40,097 nt of DNA from Candidatus Thalassarchaeaceae archaeon (GCA_965659915.1 CBFHYB010000002.1:1-40097); one strand, 5' to 3'. Counted from the stretch's first letter, positions 7,940-17,989 are shown. The notes: generated by a model from the letters alone, not told the origin. Numbers and translations are program-made.

Positions 7940-8863
7940 ATGGGGATAGAAGAAGTAAGGCTTGTATTTGCATTGTTAGGACTTGCGACCTTAGGTTATT
8001 CCTTCCATAGTAAAATGGATAACAAGGCTTCAATTTCATCAATTGGCTGGGTATCAATTTCTACATATTTTTTCCTTGATACACCTCATTACATCGAATT
8101 AGCAGACCCTGTATTAATTCTAATGTCTGCGGCAACTTTACCTGTCGGTATTGCTGTAGGAGTGTGGGAATACAATACTCAAAAACGTGGTGAAGAAGAG
8201 CCGGCATTATATTGGTTAAAAGGTGCAGTTTTCTGGTCTGCCCTCCCATACTTAGCCATCTCGTGGATACCTTATCTCTCAGTAGCACTAGTTTGGTTCA
8301 CTGCTGTTCAGGCTGTATTCTTTCTGAAAATAACGGGGATTGCGGATCTACAAGTTGGTCCCGCTCAAGTAGAATACCTAGATGGTTCAACTTCACTATT
8401 TTCTGAATTCACGGGTAACCCATGGCTTTACCTTGAACCACTTGGCGAAGGAGGATTCTTCATACCAATTGAACACACTGACGGAACCCCTACAGGCGTA
8501 TCAATAATTCTTGCCTGTAGTGCACTACAATCGATGATTGTCTTTGTTGGAGCATTGATTGCTCTCAAGAAAACACCTTGGAAATTAAGGGCACGTGGCT
8601 TATTCATCACATTACCCCTTATTCATATTCTCAATGTGTTTCGAAACGCCGGAATAATTTATCTTGATATGACATACCGTGACTGGCATTGGTTAGGAAT
8701 GGGGATGTTTGATTTTGCCCATTCTTATGCTGCTAAAGTTGGCAGTCTATTTGCCATGTTTTTAATCGCTATTGTCTTATTTGAAATTCTACCAGAACTC
8801 CATAATAATATTCTCAGATTGATGGATCCTTTTATGCCCAAAAAAAGGTCTAACGTTTCTTGA
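7940..8863 (+). CDS. Archaeosortase-family (exosortase/archaeosortase) integral membrane transpeptidase
   Basis: Polytopic 307-aa membrane protein. It has GVSIILACSALQSMIVFVG (candidate catalytic Cys193, codon 8516..8518), ILNVFRNAGIIY (Arg235, about 42 residues after the Cys) and FDFAHSYAAKVG (His261). This is the Cys/Arg/His arrangement typical of exosortase/archaeosortase proteins. SD-like GGGAGGG lies upstream of the ATG. Confidence 0.75.
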   Translation: MGIEEVRLVFALLGLATLGYSFHSKMDNKASISSIGWVSISTYFFLDTPHYIELADPVLILMSAATLPVGIAVGVWEYNTQKRGEEEPALYWLKGAVFWSALPYLAISWIPYLSVALVWFTAVQAVFFLKITGIADLQVGPAQVEYLDGSTSLFSEFTGNPWLYLEPLGEGGFFIPIEHTDGTPTGVSIILACSALQSMIVFVGALIALKKTPWKLRARGLFITLPLIHILNVFRNAGIIYLDMTYRDWHWLGMGMFDFAHSYAAKVGSLFAMFLIAIVLFEILPELHNNILRLMDPFMPKKRSNVS

Positions 8864-11800
8864 GTTTTTCAAGAACCTTTCCACGAAGCGGCATGCTATG
8901 TTCCCAAGCAAATTCTTTCATGACTCTCAAAGCTTGTTTTTCCAATTTCGGATCTGCAACGATGTCCTTGACATCAATAATATTCAATCTTGTATTTGCC
9001 TTGAAGGCAGCTATCGGTTCTTCATTATGGAATACTAAGTACGCAGAACCAAAACCAAATCGTTCTCGCAATAATGAGGCAAAGTATGGCGCTAGAGGGT
9101 CGGACGGAGGCAACACGAAATCCCTCATCATTGGAACTCCTGTTGAACTCTCAAGCATCTCCTTCCTCCCCCAACAAACCTGATTCAAATCTTCTAACAA
9201 GAAACCCTTGATTAGTTCGCCTTCATCAACTAGATATTGAAGAACGGTCATGATTTCTTCTGGTTTGTATGGCTTCCCAGCCATTTTTTCACATTGTTTC
9301 ATAGTAATAACTGGAATTTCTTTTATCAATTCAATGAGATAATCTTGCTTAAATTGCCAGTGGTCTGTGATAATAGTTGGATGAACTGTACGGAAACCCC
9401 CTCTATAATCTTGAACTAAGTGACCTGAGCGAATGAGTGGCTGAGCGAGTTTACGGAATTCTGAACGGCGTAACGCATGCCTATCCATGAATAATTGAGG
9501 GTCCGAATTATCTGTGAAGAAATCTAAAACATCCAATAATTCTTCATCGGGTGGTAAATTACGAATTGTTAGTAACTTTTGGAAGTGCGAATATGGAGCA
9601 TACACTCTATGTCCCGTTAAATTGGTTCCTTGATGTAACTGATTAGCACTTGCCATTGATGAGAGGTTGACTCGGTATGCTTCACTGCGTCCACGCAGGG
9701 CAAAGTCATCTCTAATTTCCATTAGGTCTTTTACTGCAATAGTTTCATTTTCACTTCTTGTGTCTTGATGCATTTTATGATTGTAGAACAAAACTCTAAC
9801 AGATTCTTTGACTGGCCTAGGATCCATGACACCGCCGCGAATCATTCTGCGCCCATCACCAATCGCTTCGAAGCCAATTCTAGTGAATGCATCTATGGTT
9901 TCCTTTCGAGCCTCGGAAATATTTTCACCATTGAAATTAGTTAACACTGAAATTTCAACAAGGGTATCTCTGTAATTTTCCAATAGACGTTCGAATTGCT
10001 CAACAAATTCATCTAAGTATGCATGTGGAATATGAATATCTTTAATTTCAAGGTAATCATTTACCTTGTACATCAATATTCTACCAACTGGGTCTACTCC
10101 TTTGAATACAGGATAATACCAACCTTGTTTCAACACATATCTTACTTCTTGAATAAAACGTGAACAGAATGGATCTGATTGTGTTAAGATTCGCATCTGC
10201 CTATCTTCACGAATCCGTTTTTTGACCTTAGATACATCAGAAGGAATACAATAGAAATCCGTTAACCCTGGTTGTAGCGCTGAAACTTTAGTGATTCTAC
10301 CTTGCTCCAAAAGTAACTTCAATGTATCTTCAAGTTCTTCTCCAGCTCTACTGATATACCACCCTAGGGTATATCTTTTGACTGGCCCTATCCTGTTAAT
10401 TAATTCAACCAATGCATCATCAAATGGTAATGGATGGTACACCTCATGTACTCTGTGGAATAAAGAAAGGCTTCTTTTCCTCTCTGGAAGTTCTTCATAT
10501 TGTTTAACATAAAGTAATTGACGTTCCATATTGTTTAGAGCATATTTTGCACGATTCATCAAATGTTTTGAATCATCATCACGTGGAATATCAACTAAAA
10601 TTTGTTGTCTAGTTACATTTTCCCCTGCGGGAACTTTGGTCATTAATTTCGCTTCCATATCACCAATCCATGGTTCGGGCCTCAAACCTAGAAGGAGACC
10701 CATCTGATCTTTTTTGGTATATCCAATGCGATTATGCAGTAATCGGCCCATCAAAACATCTGAATCATGCTTCATATCCTTCCAATCAGCAAAACGGAAA
10801 TCCTTCACCCTATCCAACAATTCATGCATCTTTTGAATCATTACATGCGATGAAAGAGCACCTAATGGGTCATCATGTAATTTGAAGGATTTTGTTAACA
10901 ATAAATTTTGCAGGTTACGATAAGCAATTACTTCTTCCTCTCCACCAGTAAGATAATGTTCATCTACACGTAAGATAAATTCCCCTTCTTCTGTTTGTCT
11001 ATAGAATCCAATTGTGACAATATTGCGAACTTCTAATTCATGAAGTATATTCTCAATCATTTCCTTAGGGAACGGTAATCTTTCAACAAGTATGTCTAAT
11101 GTCTGTGGCCCTTCACTACCTAGTAGGTCAACTAACTTCACACGAAGGCACTCATGAGGATCGGATAGAGGGGTTGGTTCCCAATCAATTGCTTCAGTGT
11201 CTTTGTATTTAGTGCTCGTATCATAAGTCATACCACCAAGATAAAATTGGCGAAGGTCGTCAAATTCTTCCGCGTTATGAGAAGACAATACTCCTAATGT
11301 GCCATGAATATCCCCCATTCTTTTTGAGAACCATTTATTGTCAATCCCTTCGTGTCCAGTATTAGAAACTCTAACGATTTCTCCTTTATCAATAAGTTGA
11401 CGAATCCAGGACCGGATTTCTTCTTTTTCAATTCCTTCTAATTTATCTCGGTAAAGTGGGTTTTCGTGGTTCTTATCTAACCCACCCCCCATTTCCATTA
11501 AGTCTAGAAGGGACTCTGCATCTTTAGGAATTGAAACTTTGTCATTGTAGTAAGTATTGACTTGTTCTTCATCCAATTGGGTTGCAAGAGCTCTTTGCCC
11601 AAGTAAACGTCTAAGGATTTCTGGGTCGATATCCTTGATTAGATAAGCTCTCGTTCTCATTGAAAGTAAATCTTCAAATGCTGACATGTATAGATTCATT
11701 CCAATCGGGGAAGGAACCTTTACTCTAGTGTGTAAAATTCTAGAACTGCCTTGAACTACCTCATTGACGAATTGATTTAATCCAGACATGTCAAGATCAG

Positions 11801-14144
11801 CATGGAATATTTCATTGAATACCTCTTTCATCAATAATGACCCATCTAATGCTCGATGATTCTTTAGTAAAGCATCGGCTTTTTGTTGGAATTGTTGAGG
11901 TGAAACCTCTTCAGCACCAATGCGGCGAGGAATTATCAAACTTCGTCCAGCGACTTCACGGAACCTCTTAGCAAACAATTGAGTGTCTAACAAATATCTT
12001 TCAATCACACTACGATGGTCGTTTGCTTCAAAAACTGCGGGGAAGGCAGCGGGGTCAATATCATCAGACATTTTAATGAGAAATCCATTTTCATCAAATG
12101 AAATCTCATGTACATGGATATCATGAGCAGAAGCGACCCCTGCAAAGAAATATCCAAGAGTCATGTTGAATGCTCGGCCTCTACATGTTGTTACCATGTA
12201 AGTTGTAACCCCACCAACAATCTGTTCCATCATTATTCGATTTGGACCTGGGACTTCAAATGACTCTGCCACGTGTTGCTCCATGAATCGAGCAACCGAT
12301 TCTGATATTTTCCTAGAAAGCCCATAACCTTCCATCAAAAGACGCCGAGGATCTCGTTGTCTCCTAAGTGCCAACATTGTAGCCTTTTGAAGTTTCAATA
12401 CAGCCAAAGACAGTTCAGGACTTCTTGAAAGAGCTTCACCAGACCAAGATGGGACAGTAGGACGGAATCCTGTTACTGGTGTCACATTCACCCTAGAACC
12501 TTGAATTGACTGAATTCGATATGTTGTACCCCCAAGAAGAATAACATCCCCAGGCCTAACACTTGAAACGAATGACGATGATAACTGGCCAATCATTGAA
12601 CCATCTGTATTCAGAACTAGATAGTTATTATCAGGTGAAATTGTACCAAGGTTTGTGTAATATATCATCTGTGAGTAACCTCGCTTTCCGATGGTATTTT
12701 CCTCCCAATCAACCCACAATCTCTTTTCATCTTCTAGCATGTCAATTACTTCGATATAATCGTCATAAGGGAGAGCGCGATATGGCCATGCAGTAGTAAC
12801 CAACTCAAAGACTTCGTCAATGTCTTGTTCCCCAACAATAGTTAGCCCAACCATGAATTGGGCTAGCACATCTAATGCATTTTCAGGGAATCTTAACAAA
12901 TCCATTTCACCACTCATAATTGCCCCTTGTAGAGCAACTAACTCAACTAAATCGTGTGGGCCAGTTGGTAAGAAGCGGGCTCGAGGAATACCCCCTACAT
13001 GGTGACTTGCCCTACCAATTCTTTGTAACGCGGTTGCAATGCTTCCAGGAGAACCAAGTTGAACTACACAATCAACAGTTCCAATATCAATACCTAATTC
13101 TAATGAAGAGGAGGAAACACAACATCTTAATTCACCCATTTTCAATCGTTGTTCAACGTCCTTACGAATTTGTTTATTCATAGAACCGTGATGCGCTTCT
13201 ATCCCTTCTTCATCCCAACCAGCAAGACGCCGAAGTTTCTGAACAATTTCTTCAGTCATTTTTCTAGTATTTACAAACACAATAGTAGTAGTATGGGCTT
13301 CAACTAGATCTAAAATACGATCAACATTAGCATCTAAGATTTGTTTATGGTCAAAAGTTGGGTCCCCAAATCTTACATGAGGGAGAATGATATCTAAATC
13401 AAGTTCTCTTGCGCCACTAATTTTTGCAATCTTGACTTTATCTGTATCATCACCCACAGGGACTAGAAACTTTGCAACTTCGTCTAATGGTTCCATGGTT
13501 GCAGATATCCCAATTCTTTGTACAGGTGTTGTAATTACAGAATCTAAAAGTGCCATTGTCAATGATAACAAAGTTCCTCTCTTGGATGGCACTAAACTGT
13601 GTAACTCATCTAGAATAATCCAACTTAAATCAGCCATCAATGGACGGAATTTGGAGGAAGCTAAAGCAAGACCGAGACTTTCAGGAGTAGTAATTAGAAT
13701 GTGAGGTGGATTTCGTAACATTTTTTGACGTTCGGATTGACTAGTATCACCAGTCCTCAACCCTACTTTGATATCCTTGGCTCGGCCTGGTAAAAATCTT
13801 GATTTTATTTCAGTTAATGGTTCAATCAAATTCTTCTGGATGTCATTTGCCAATGCTTTAATCGGAGAAATATACACACAATATACTTTCTTTTCAAGTT
13901 CCCCATCTAGGGATTTTCGAATTAATTTATCAATAATTCCTAGAAATGCAGTAAGTGTTTTCCCGCTACCTGTCGGACTACATAATAACAAATTGTCTCC
14001 GGCATTGATTGAAGGTATTGCCATCTTCTGTGGGTCTGTGAAATCCGGAAATTTATCTTTAAACCAATCCCTCACGGGTTGGGACAATTGACTAAAAATT
14101 ACCTCAGATTCTTCGTATGAATCTAAGTGTACTATCTCAGCCAT
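8850..14144 (-). CDS. lhr: Lhr-type superfamily-2 DEAD/DEAH helicase with a very long C-terminal extension (1764 aa)
   Basis: FTDPQKMAIPSINAGDNLLLCSPTGSGKT (Q motif and motif I), ILDELHSL (motif II), ISATM (motif III) and LQRIGRASH (motif VI) give the Lhr-type gene order. They are followed by Lhr-core-like WH and domain-4 sequence. The remaining ~860 aa contain repeated winged-helix-like segments and two 'SDP...' modules. SD-like GGAAGGAG lies upstream. Confidence 0.9.
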   Translation of the reverse strand: MAEIVHLDSYEESEVIFSQLSQPVRDWFKDKFPDFTDPQKMAIPSINAGDNLLLCSPTGSGKTLTAFLGIIDKLIRKSLDGELEKKVYCVYISPIKALANDIQKNLIEPLTEIKSRFLPGRAKDIKVGLRTGDTSQSERQKMLRNPPHILITTPESLGLALASSKFRPLMADLSWIILDELHSLVPSKRGTLLSLTMALLDSVITTPVQRIGISATMEPLDEVAKFLVPVGDDTDKVKIAKISGARELDLDIILPHVRFGDPTFDHKQILDANVDRILDLVEAHTTTIVFVNTRKMTEEIVQKLRRLAGWDEEGIEAHHGSMNKQIRKDVEQRLKMGELRCCVSSSSLELGIDIGTVDCVVQLGSPGSIATALQRIGRASHHVGGIPRARFLPTGPHDLVELVALQGAIMSGEMDLLRFPENALDVLAQFMVGLTIVGEQDIDEVFELVTTAWPYRALPYDDYIEVIDMLEDEKRLWVDWEENTIGKRGYSQMIYYTNLGTISPDNNYLVLNTDGSMIGQLSSSFVSSVRPGDVILLGGTTYRIQSIQGSRVNVTPVTGFRPTVPSWSGEALSRSPELSLAVLKLQKATMLALRRQRDPRRLLMEGYGLSRKISESVARFMEQHVAESFEVPGPNRIMMEQIVGGVTTYMVTTCRGRAFNMTLGYFFAGVASAHDIHVHEISFDENGFLIKMSDDIDPAAFPAVFEANDHRSVIERYLLDTQLFAKRFREVAGRSLIIPRRIGAEEVSPQQFQQKADALLKNHRALDGSLLMKEVFNEIFHADLDMSGLNQFVNEVVQGSSRILHTRVKVPSPIGMNLYMSAFEDLLSMRTRAYLIKDIDPEILRRLLGQRALATQLDEEQVNTYYNDKVSIPKDAESLLDLMEMGGGLDKNHENPLYRDKLEGIEKEEIRSWIRQLIDKGEIVRVSNTGHEGIDNKWFSKRMGDIHGTLGVLSSHNAEEFDDLRQFYLGGMTYDTSTKYKDTEAIDWEPTPLSDPHECLRVKLVDLLGSEGPQTLDILVERLPFPKEMIENILHELEVRNIVTIGFYRQTEEGEFILRVDEHYLTGGEEEVIAYRNLQNLLLTKSFKLHDDPLGALSSHVMIQKMHELLDRVKDFRFADWKDMKHDSDVLMGRLLHNRIGYTKKDQMGLLLGLRPEPWIGDMEAKLMTKVPAGENVTRQQILVDIPRDDDSKHLMNRAKYALNNMERQLLYVKQYEELPERKRSLSLFHRVHEVYHPLPFDDALVELINRIGPVKRYTLGWYISRAGEELEDTLKLLLEQGRITKVSALQPGLTDFYCIPSDVSKVKKRIREDRQMRILTQSDPFCSRFIQEVRYVLKQGWYYPVFKGVDPVGRILMYKVNDYLEIKDIHIPHAYLDEFVEQFERLLENYRDTLVEISVLTNFNGENISEARKETIDAFTRIGFEAIGDGRRMIRGGVMDPRPVKESVRVLFYNHKMHQDTRSENETIAVKDLMEIRDDFALRGRSEAYRVNLSSMASANQLHQGTNLTGHRVYAPYSHFQKLLTIRNLPPDEELLDVLDFFTDNSDPQLFMDRHALRRSEFRKLAQPLIRSGHLVQDYRGGFRTVHPTIITDHWQFKQDYLIELIKEIPVITMKQCEKMAGKPYKPEEIMTVLQYLVDEGELIKGFLLEDLNQVCWGRKEMLESSTGVPMMRDFVLPPSDPLAPYFASLLRERFGFGSAYLVFHNEEPIAAFKANTRLNIIDVKDIVADPKLEKQALRVMKEFAWEHSMPLRGKVLEKLKKR

Positions 14145-14248
14145 ATATTCTCCTTCCTATTCTTATGGTGAGAGCGCAACGAACCATTATATCAACAATT
14201 CGGATTTAGAAGGGGAAATAGAGAAATTATCCCTACTGGAAACCAAGT

Positions 14249-14599
14249 TCAAGCCCATCTTGAACCATTCTTTCCCCAGCGGTTGATAATTTCTACCTTA
14301 GGGGATGGTATTTCTTGGAAAATTAGTGGCGAAGATTCCGCAATAATCGGTACATGAACTTCACGAAGTGCATTTGTTGGACAAGAGCCTATACAACTTA
14401 GGCATCCAACGCAATTCTCATTGAGGACAATTACTGGCCTCTTCCGACGTTCTGGCGGACACTCAGCGAGTGGCATTAGTGCTTCAAAGGGGCAGTGAGT
14501 AATGCATAGGTCACATCCGGTGCAATCTTCGCTGGTAATTTCAACCATTGCCTGCCCCATGTGATAACCTAAAGAGTTAGCATTATTGAGACTATTCAT
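14249..14599 (-). CDS. 2x[4Fe-4S] ferredoxin-domain protein
   Basis: Two CxxCxxCxxxCP motifs: CTGCDLCITHCP and CVGCLSCIGSCP. The start is uncertain; ATGs at 14560 and 14548 are alternatives. Confidence 0.8.
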   Translation of the reverse strand: MNSLNNANSLGYHMGQAMVEITSEDCTGCDLCITHCPFEALMPLAECPPERRKRPVIVLNENCVGCLSCIGSCPTNALREVHVPIIAESSPLIFQEIPSPKVEIINRWGKNGSRWA

Positions 14600-14648
14600 A
14601 GCGAAGCATTGAGAACCCTTCTCTATCCGACCAACTTTAGGTGAAGGC

Positions 14649-16373
14649 GTGACAAGTGACAGCGACCGGGTTAACTCCTTGATGTCGATGTTGAAAAGAA
14701 GAGGAATTATCTTCCCCGCTTTTTCAATTCACGGTGGAATCGCAGGTTTGTTTGATTATGGGCCTGTGGGAGGCAGATTATTGCGGAAAGTGCAACAACA
14801 ATGGCGGGAACACTGGTTGTCAAAAGGAAATATTGTGGAGATTGACAGCCCCACTATCACACCTGAATCCGTTTTACAAGCAAGTGGACATGTGTCCGCC
14901 TTTAACGACCATGCATCAGAATGTAATTCTTGCAACGCGATTTTCCGTAGTGACCATTTGGTTGAGGAGTATCACCAAAATCCCGATTCTCTTTCTAGCA
15001 CTGAATTAGATTCAATCCTATCCGCAAATACAGTCTCCTGCCCTTCATGCAACAAATCTGATTGGGCAAACTCACGCCCAATGAATCTCATGTTTAGCAC
15101 AAAAATAGGTGCAACAAGAGGTGGTAGGCAGGCGTATATGCGGCCTGAAACTGCTCAGGGAATGTTCCTAACCTTCCCCATGATCCAACGCCACTTCAGG
15201 AATCGCCTTCCATACGGGGCTATCCAAATTGGAAAGGGTTACAGGAATGAAATAAGTCCTCGACAAGGAATGATTCGCCAAAGAGAATTCAATATGGCCG
15301 AACTAGAATACTTCATTGACCCAAATGTAGACGCATCTCATGACCTTTCAAAATGGAATGGAATTGATTTTCAATTAATTCCCGACCCAGAAAATGGTGA
15401 GCAAGAAACCATCAACATGGACATTGGGGCTGCACTAGCGAAAAATATTGTGCGCCATCCAACTGTTGCAATGTTCATGGCTGAAACATTTGATTTCCTA
15501 ACAAATATTGGAGCCGACCCTGCAAAAATCAGATTTAGACAACATGAATCTGATGAAATGGCGCATTATGCATCTGATTGTTGGGACTTAGAAATGCAAG
15601 GCTCATATGGTTGGATAGAATGTGTTGGAATTGCTCACCGTGGTTGCTATGATTTGGGAGCACATGAAGAAGCAACTGGCACTAAAGAGTTGAGAGCATG
15701 GCGTGATTTTGATGAACCAATTGAAGTTGATAAGGAAGTTGTGTCAGCAATTGGTTCAGTTGTAGGCCCTGCTTTTAGACAACAAGCAGGTCAAGTAACA
15801 GAGGCTTTGTCAAAGCTAGAAACAATTCCTACAGCATTCCCCTTTGAACTCGCCCTAAATGATGGAAACGTTGTCACTATTGATGATTCAATGGTTGAGG
15901 TAGTCAGAATACAGGAGACCATACGTGGGGAATGGTTCCTACCTCATGTGGTTGAACCGGCGTTTGGCCTAGACCGTATTATATGGCACCTACTTGACCA
16001 TGGTTATGAGGTGACAAGTAAAGAAGGAGAAGAATATCTCATTCTACACCTTTCAGAGTTAGTTGCGCCATACGAAGTTGTTGTCCTACCACTTTTCGAG
16101 AAAGATGGAATGGGAGAAATTGGCAAAGAATTACAATCTAAACTTCTTGAAATAAACGGGGTCGGCGTCTATTATGACGGAACAAGATCAATTGGTAGAA
16201 GATATGCTAGAGCAGATGAAATTGGTGTACCTTGGGCTGTTACCGTTGACTACGAATCATTAGAAGATGGAACAGTTACTGTTCGTAGAAGAGATGACCA
16301 ATCTCAAATTAGAATATCTACAGATGATTTGATTCATCATTTACAAAATGGTTCTCTTGCGTCTGTTTTCTGA
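14649..16373 (+). CDS. glyS: Glycine--tRNA ligase (archaeal/eukaryotic-type dimeric class II)
   Basis: LKRRGIIFPAFSIHGGIAGLFDYGPVGGRL, MRPETAQGMF, REFNMAELEYF, EPAFGLDR and a C-terminal anticodon-binding region. A GTG start at 14649 aligns with the usual ~12 residues preceding 'KRRGf'. Confidence 0.93.
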   Translation: MTSDSDRVNSLMSMLKRRGIIFPAFSIHGGIAGLFDYGPVGGRLLRKVQQQWREHWLSKGNIVEIDSPTITPESVLQASGHVSAFNDHASECNSCNAIFRSDHLVEEYHQNPDSLSSTELDSILSANTVSCPSCNKSDWANSRPMNLMFSTKIGATRGGRQAYMRPETAQGMFLTFPMIQRHFRNRLPYGAIQIGKGYRNEISPRQGMIRQREFNMAELEYFIDPNVDASHDLSKWNGIDFQLIPDPENGEQETINMDIGAALAKNIVRHPTVAMFMAETFDFLTNIGADPAKIRFRQHESDEMAHYASDCWDLEMQGSYGWIECVGIAHRGCYDLGAHEEATGTKELRAWRDFDEPIEVDKEVVSAIGSVVGPAFRQQAGQVTEALSKLETIPTAFPFELALNDGNVVTIDDSMVEVVRIQETIRGEWFLPHVVEPAFGLDRIIWHLLDHGYEVTSKEGEEYLILHLSELVAPYEVVVLPLFEKDGMGEIGKELQSKLLEINGVGVYYDGTRSIGRRYARADEIGVPWAVTVDYESLEDGTVTVRRRDDQSQIRISTDDLIHHLQNGSLASVF

Positions 16374-16456
16374 TTCCCATTTACGTCACCGATTCATCAT
16401 TTCAAGTATAATCCATTGATGAACATTCAAAACCCCTCGCTGCCGTGAGGGTGTTG

Positions 16457-17989
16457 ATGGCCGAAGCGCAGACTATTCCGTCCGACTGGACTGAACGCTA
16501 TCGGCCTCAAACAGCATCACAATTAGAGGGGAATGAAGCGGCCAGAAAAAGAATAACAATGTGGCTAGAATCATGGAAAAACGGAACACCTGACAAAAAG
16601 GGACTTCTCCTAGTTGGGCCACCTGGGATCGGCAAAACTAGCATTGTTAGAGCTGTTGCAGAAGACTTTGGCTGGGTGGTCATTGAACTAAATGCAAGTG
16701 ACGCAAGAAACGCCGCTTCAATTCGAAAGGCCGCTGGTGGCGGCGCATCAAATTACACATTTGGATTGGATGGGTCGTTTGATTTAGGTGGGTCAAGAAA
16801 AACATTGATTCTATTAGATGAGGTTGACCATTTACATGGCGGTTTGAGACAGGCTAGTGAGAAAAGGATTGAGGGCTCATTAGCAGAAAAGCGAGGTGAA
16901 GATAGCACTATTTCTTCTTTGAAGGGGGATTCTGGTGGCAAAGCCGAGTTACTCAAAATGCTAAAAAACACCACACAACCAGTAATTATGACCTGTAATG
17001 AACCAATGGGATTGTGGGGAAGACGTAATTCAAATTGGACTTCAGCGAGAGACCGATTCCTGCGACAAGCAGAATTAATCAAATTTAGGAGAGCAAGTTC
17101 TGGTGCAATGCAAAAAATTGCAAAACGGATACTAAAATCCGAAAATGTTTCGTCAGACCCTGGTGCATTAAGTAGACTAGTCAGTGCAAACCCTGGTGAT
17201 ATCCGTGCCCTTGTTAGAGATTTACAAATGATATGCGAGGATGGTATTAATCACATTGACTTAGATGCAGTTGAAACTCAACTAAGTCGTGGTTTACGAG
17301 ACCAGCAACTTGATTTGTTTCCAGGATTAGAAGAACTTTACAAAAGTACAACTGCAAAGGATGCTGCTGAGATGATGAGAGATATTGAAATTACACCAAG
17401 AGAATTGGTCGCTTGGGTTTCATGGAATAATGCCTCTGTTTTCAAAGGTAGAGATGACCTTAGTAGAGCAACTAAAACTTGCTCAATTGCAGACCAATCA
17501 TTGCATACAATGTACAGTAATAATGCATATCGAAGTTGGTATTGGTCTGGCCAATTATCTGCATTATCTGCTAGTGTTTCATCAATTAATGATCCATCCA
17601 CAAGATTTTCACTGTCTTTCCCACCATTTTTGAGACGCGGGATGGAACCCTGGCGAAGAAAAGCGTTGATTGGGAAATTAACTGCCCTTTCTGGTTGTAG
17701 TATTCAAGCAGCACGTGAAGAATTGTGGCCCCCATTAGCAGCAATTCACGAATCGGGGGAGACAACTGATGTTGAAGATTTCACAATTAGTAAAGAACTC
17801 AATTTAGATGGTGACGAACATGCTTTACTTCACGGGCTCAGAAGTAATCTAAAATCAACTAAAGAGATTGTAGAGAGATACAATGAAAGTATCATATTAA
17901 AATCTGTTAATGAAGAAAGTGATCAAATGTTAGAGCTGGATGAAGAAACTACACCAACAATAGATAAAGACCAAAAAACGTTATTTTGA
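16457..17989 (+). CDS. rfcL: Replication factor C large subunit
   Basis: WTERYRPQTASQLEGNEAA, LLLVGPPGIGKTS (Walker A), VIELNASDARN and LILLDEVDHLHG (Walker B). The C-terminus ...DKDQKTLF resembles the C-terminal PIP-like tail of archaeal RFC-L. The ATG at 16457 is preceded by the SD-like GAGGGTG. Confidence 0.88.
   Translation: MAEAQTIPSDWTERYRPQTASQLEGNEAARKRITMWLESWKNGTPDKKGLLLVGPPGIGKTSIVRAVAEDFGWVVIELNASDARNAASIRKAAGGGASNYTFGLDGSFDLGGSRKTLILLDEVDHLHGGLRQASEKRIEGSLAEKRGEDSTISSLKGDSGGKAELLKMLKNTTQPVIMTCNEPMGLWGRRNSNWTSARDRFLRQAELIKFRRASSGAMQKIAKRILKSENVSSDPGALSRLVSANPGDIRALVRDLQMICEDGINHIDLDAVETQLSRGLRDQQLDLFPGLEELYKSTTAKDAAEMMRDIEITPRELVAWVSWNNASVFKGRDDLSRATKTCSIADQSLHTMYSNNAYRSWYWSGQLSALSASVSSINDPSTRFSLSFPPFLRRGMEPWRRKALIGKLTALSGCSIQAAREELWPPLAAIHESGETTDVEDFTISKELNLDGDEHALLHGLRSNLKSTKEIVERYNESIILKSVNEESDQMLELDEETTPTIDKDQKTLF

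Noticed and set aside
16331-16402. Exact 12-nt direct repeat gattcatcattt at 16331..16342 (glyS 3' end) and 16391..16402 (glyS-rfcL spacer), exactly 60 nt apart. The spacer also contains tgatga / atgatga strings resembling C-box motifs.
   Set aside because: The flanks of the two copies are unrelated. The motif is AT-rich and of low complexity. No properly spaced C/D/C'/D' box set or terminal stem could be found without invading coding sequence. I cannot assign significance without genome-wide motif statistics.
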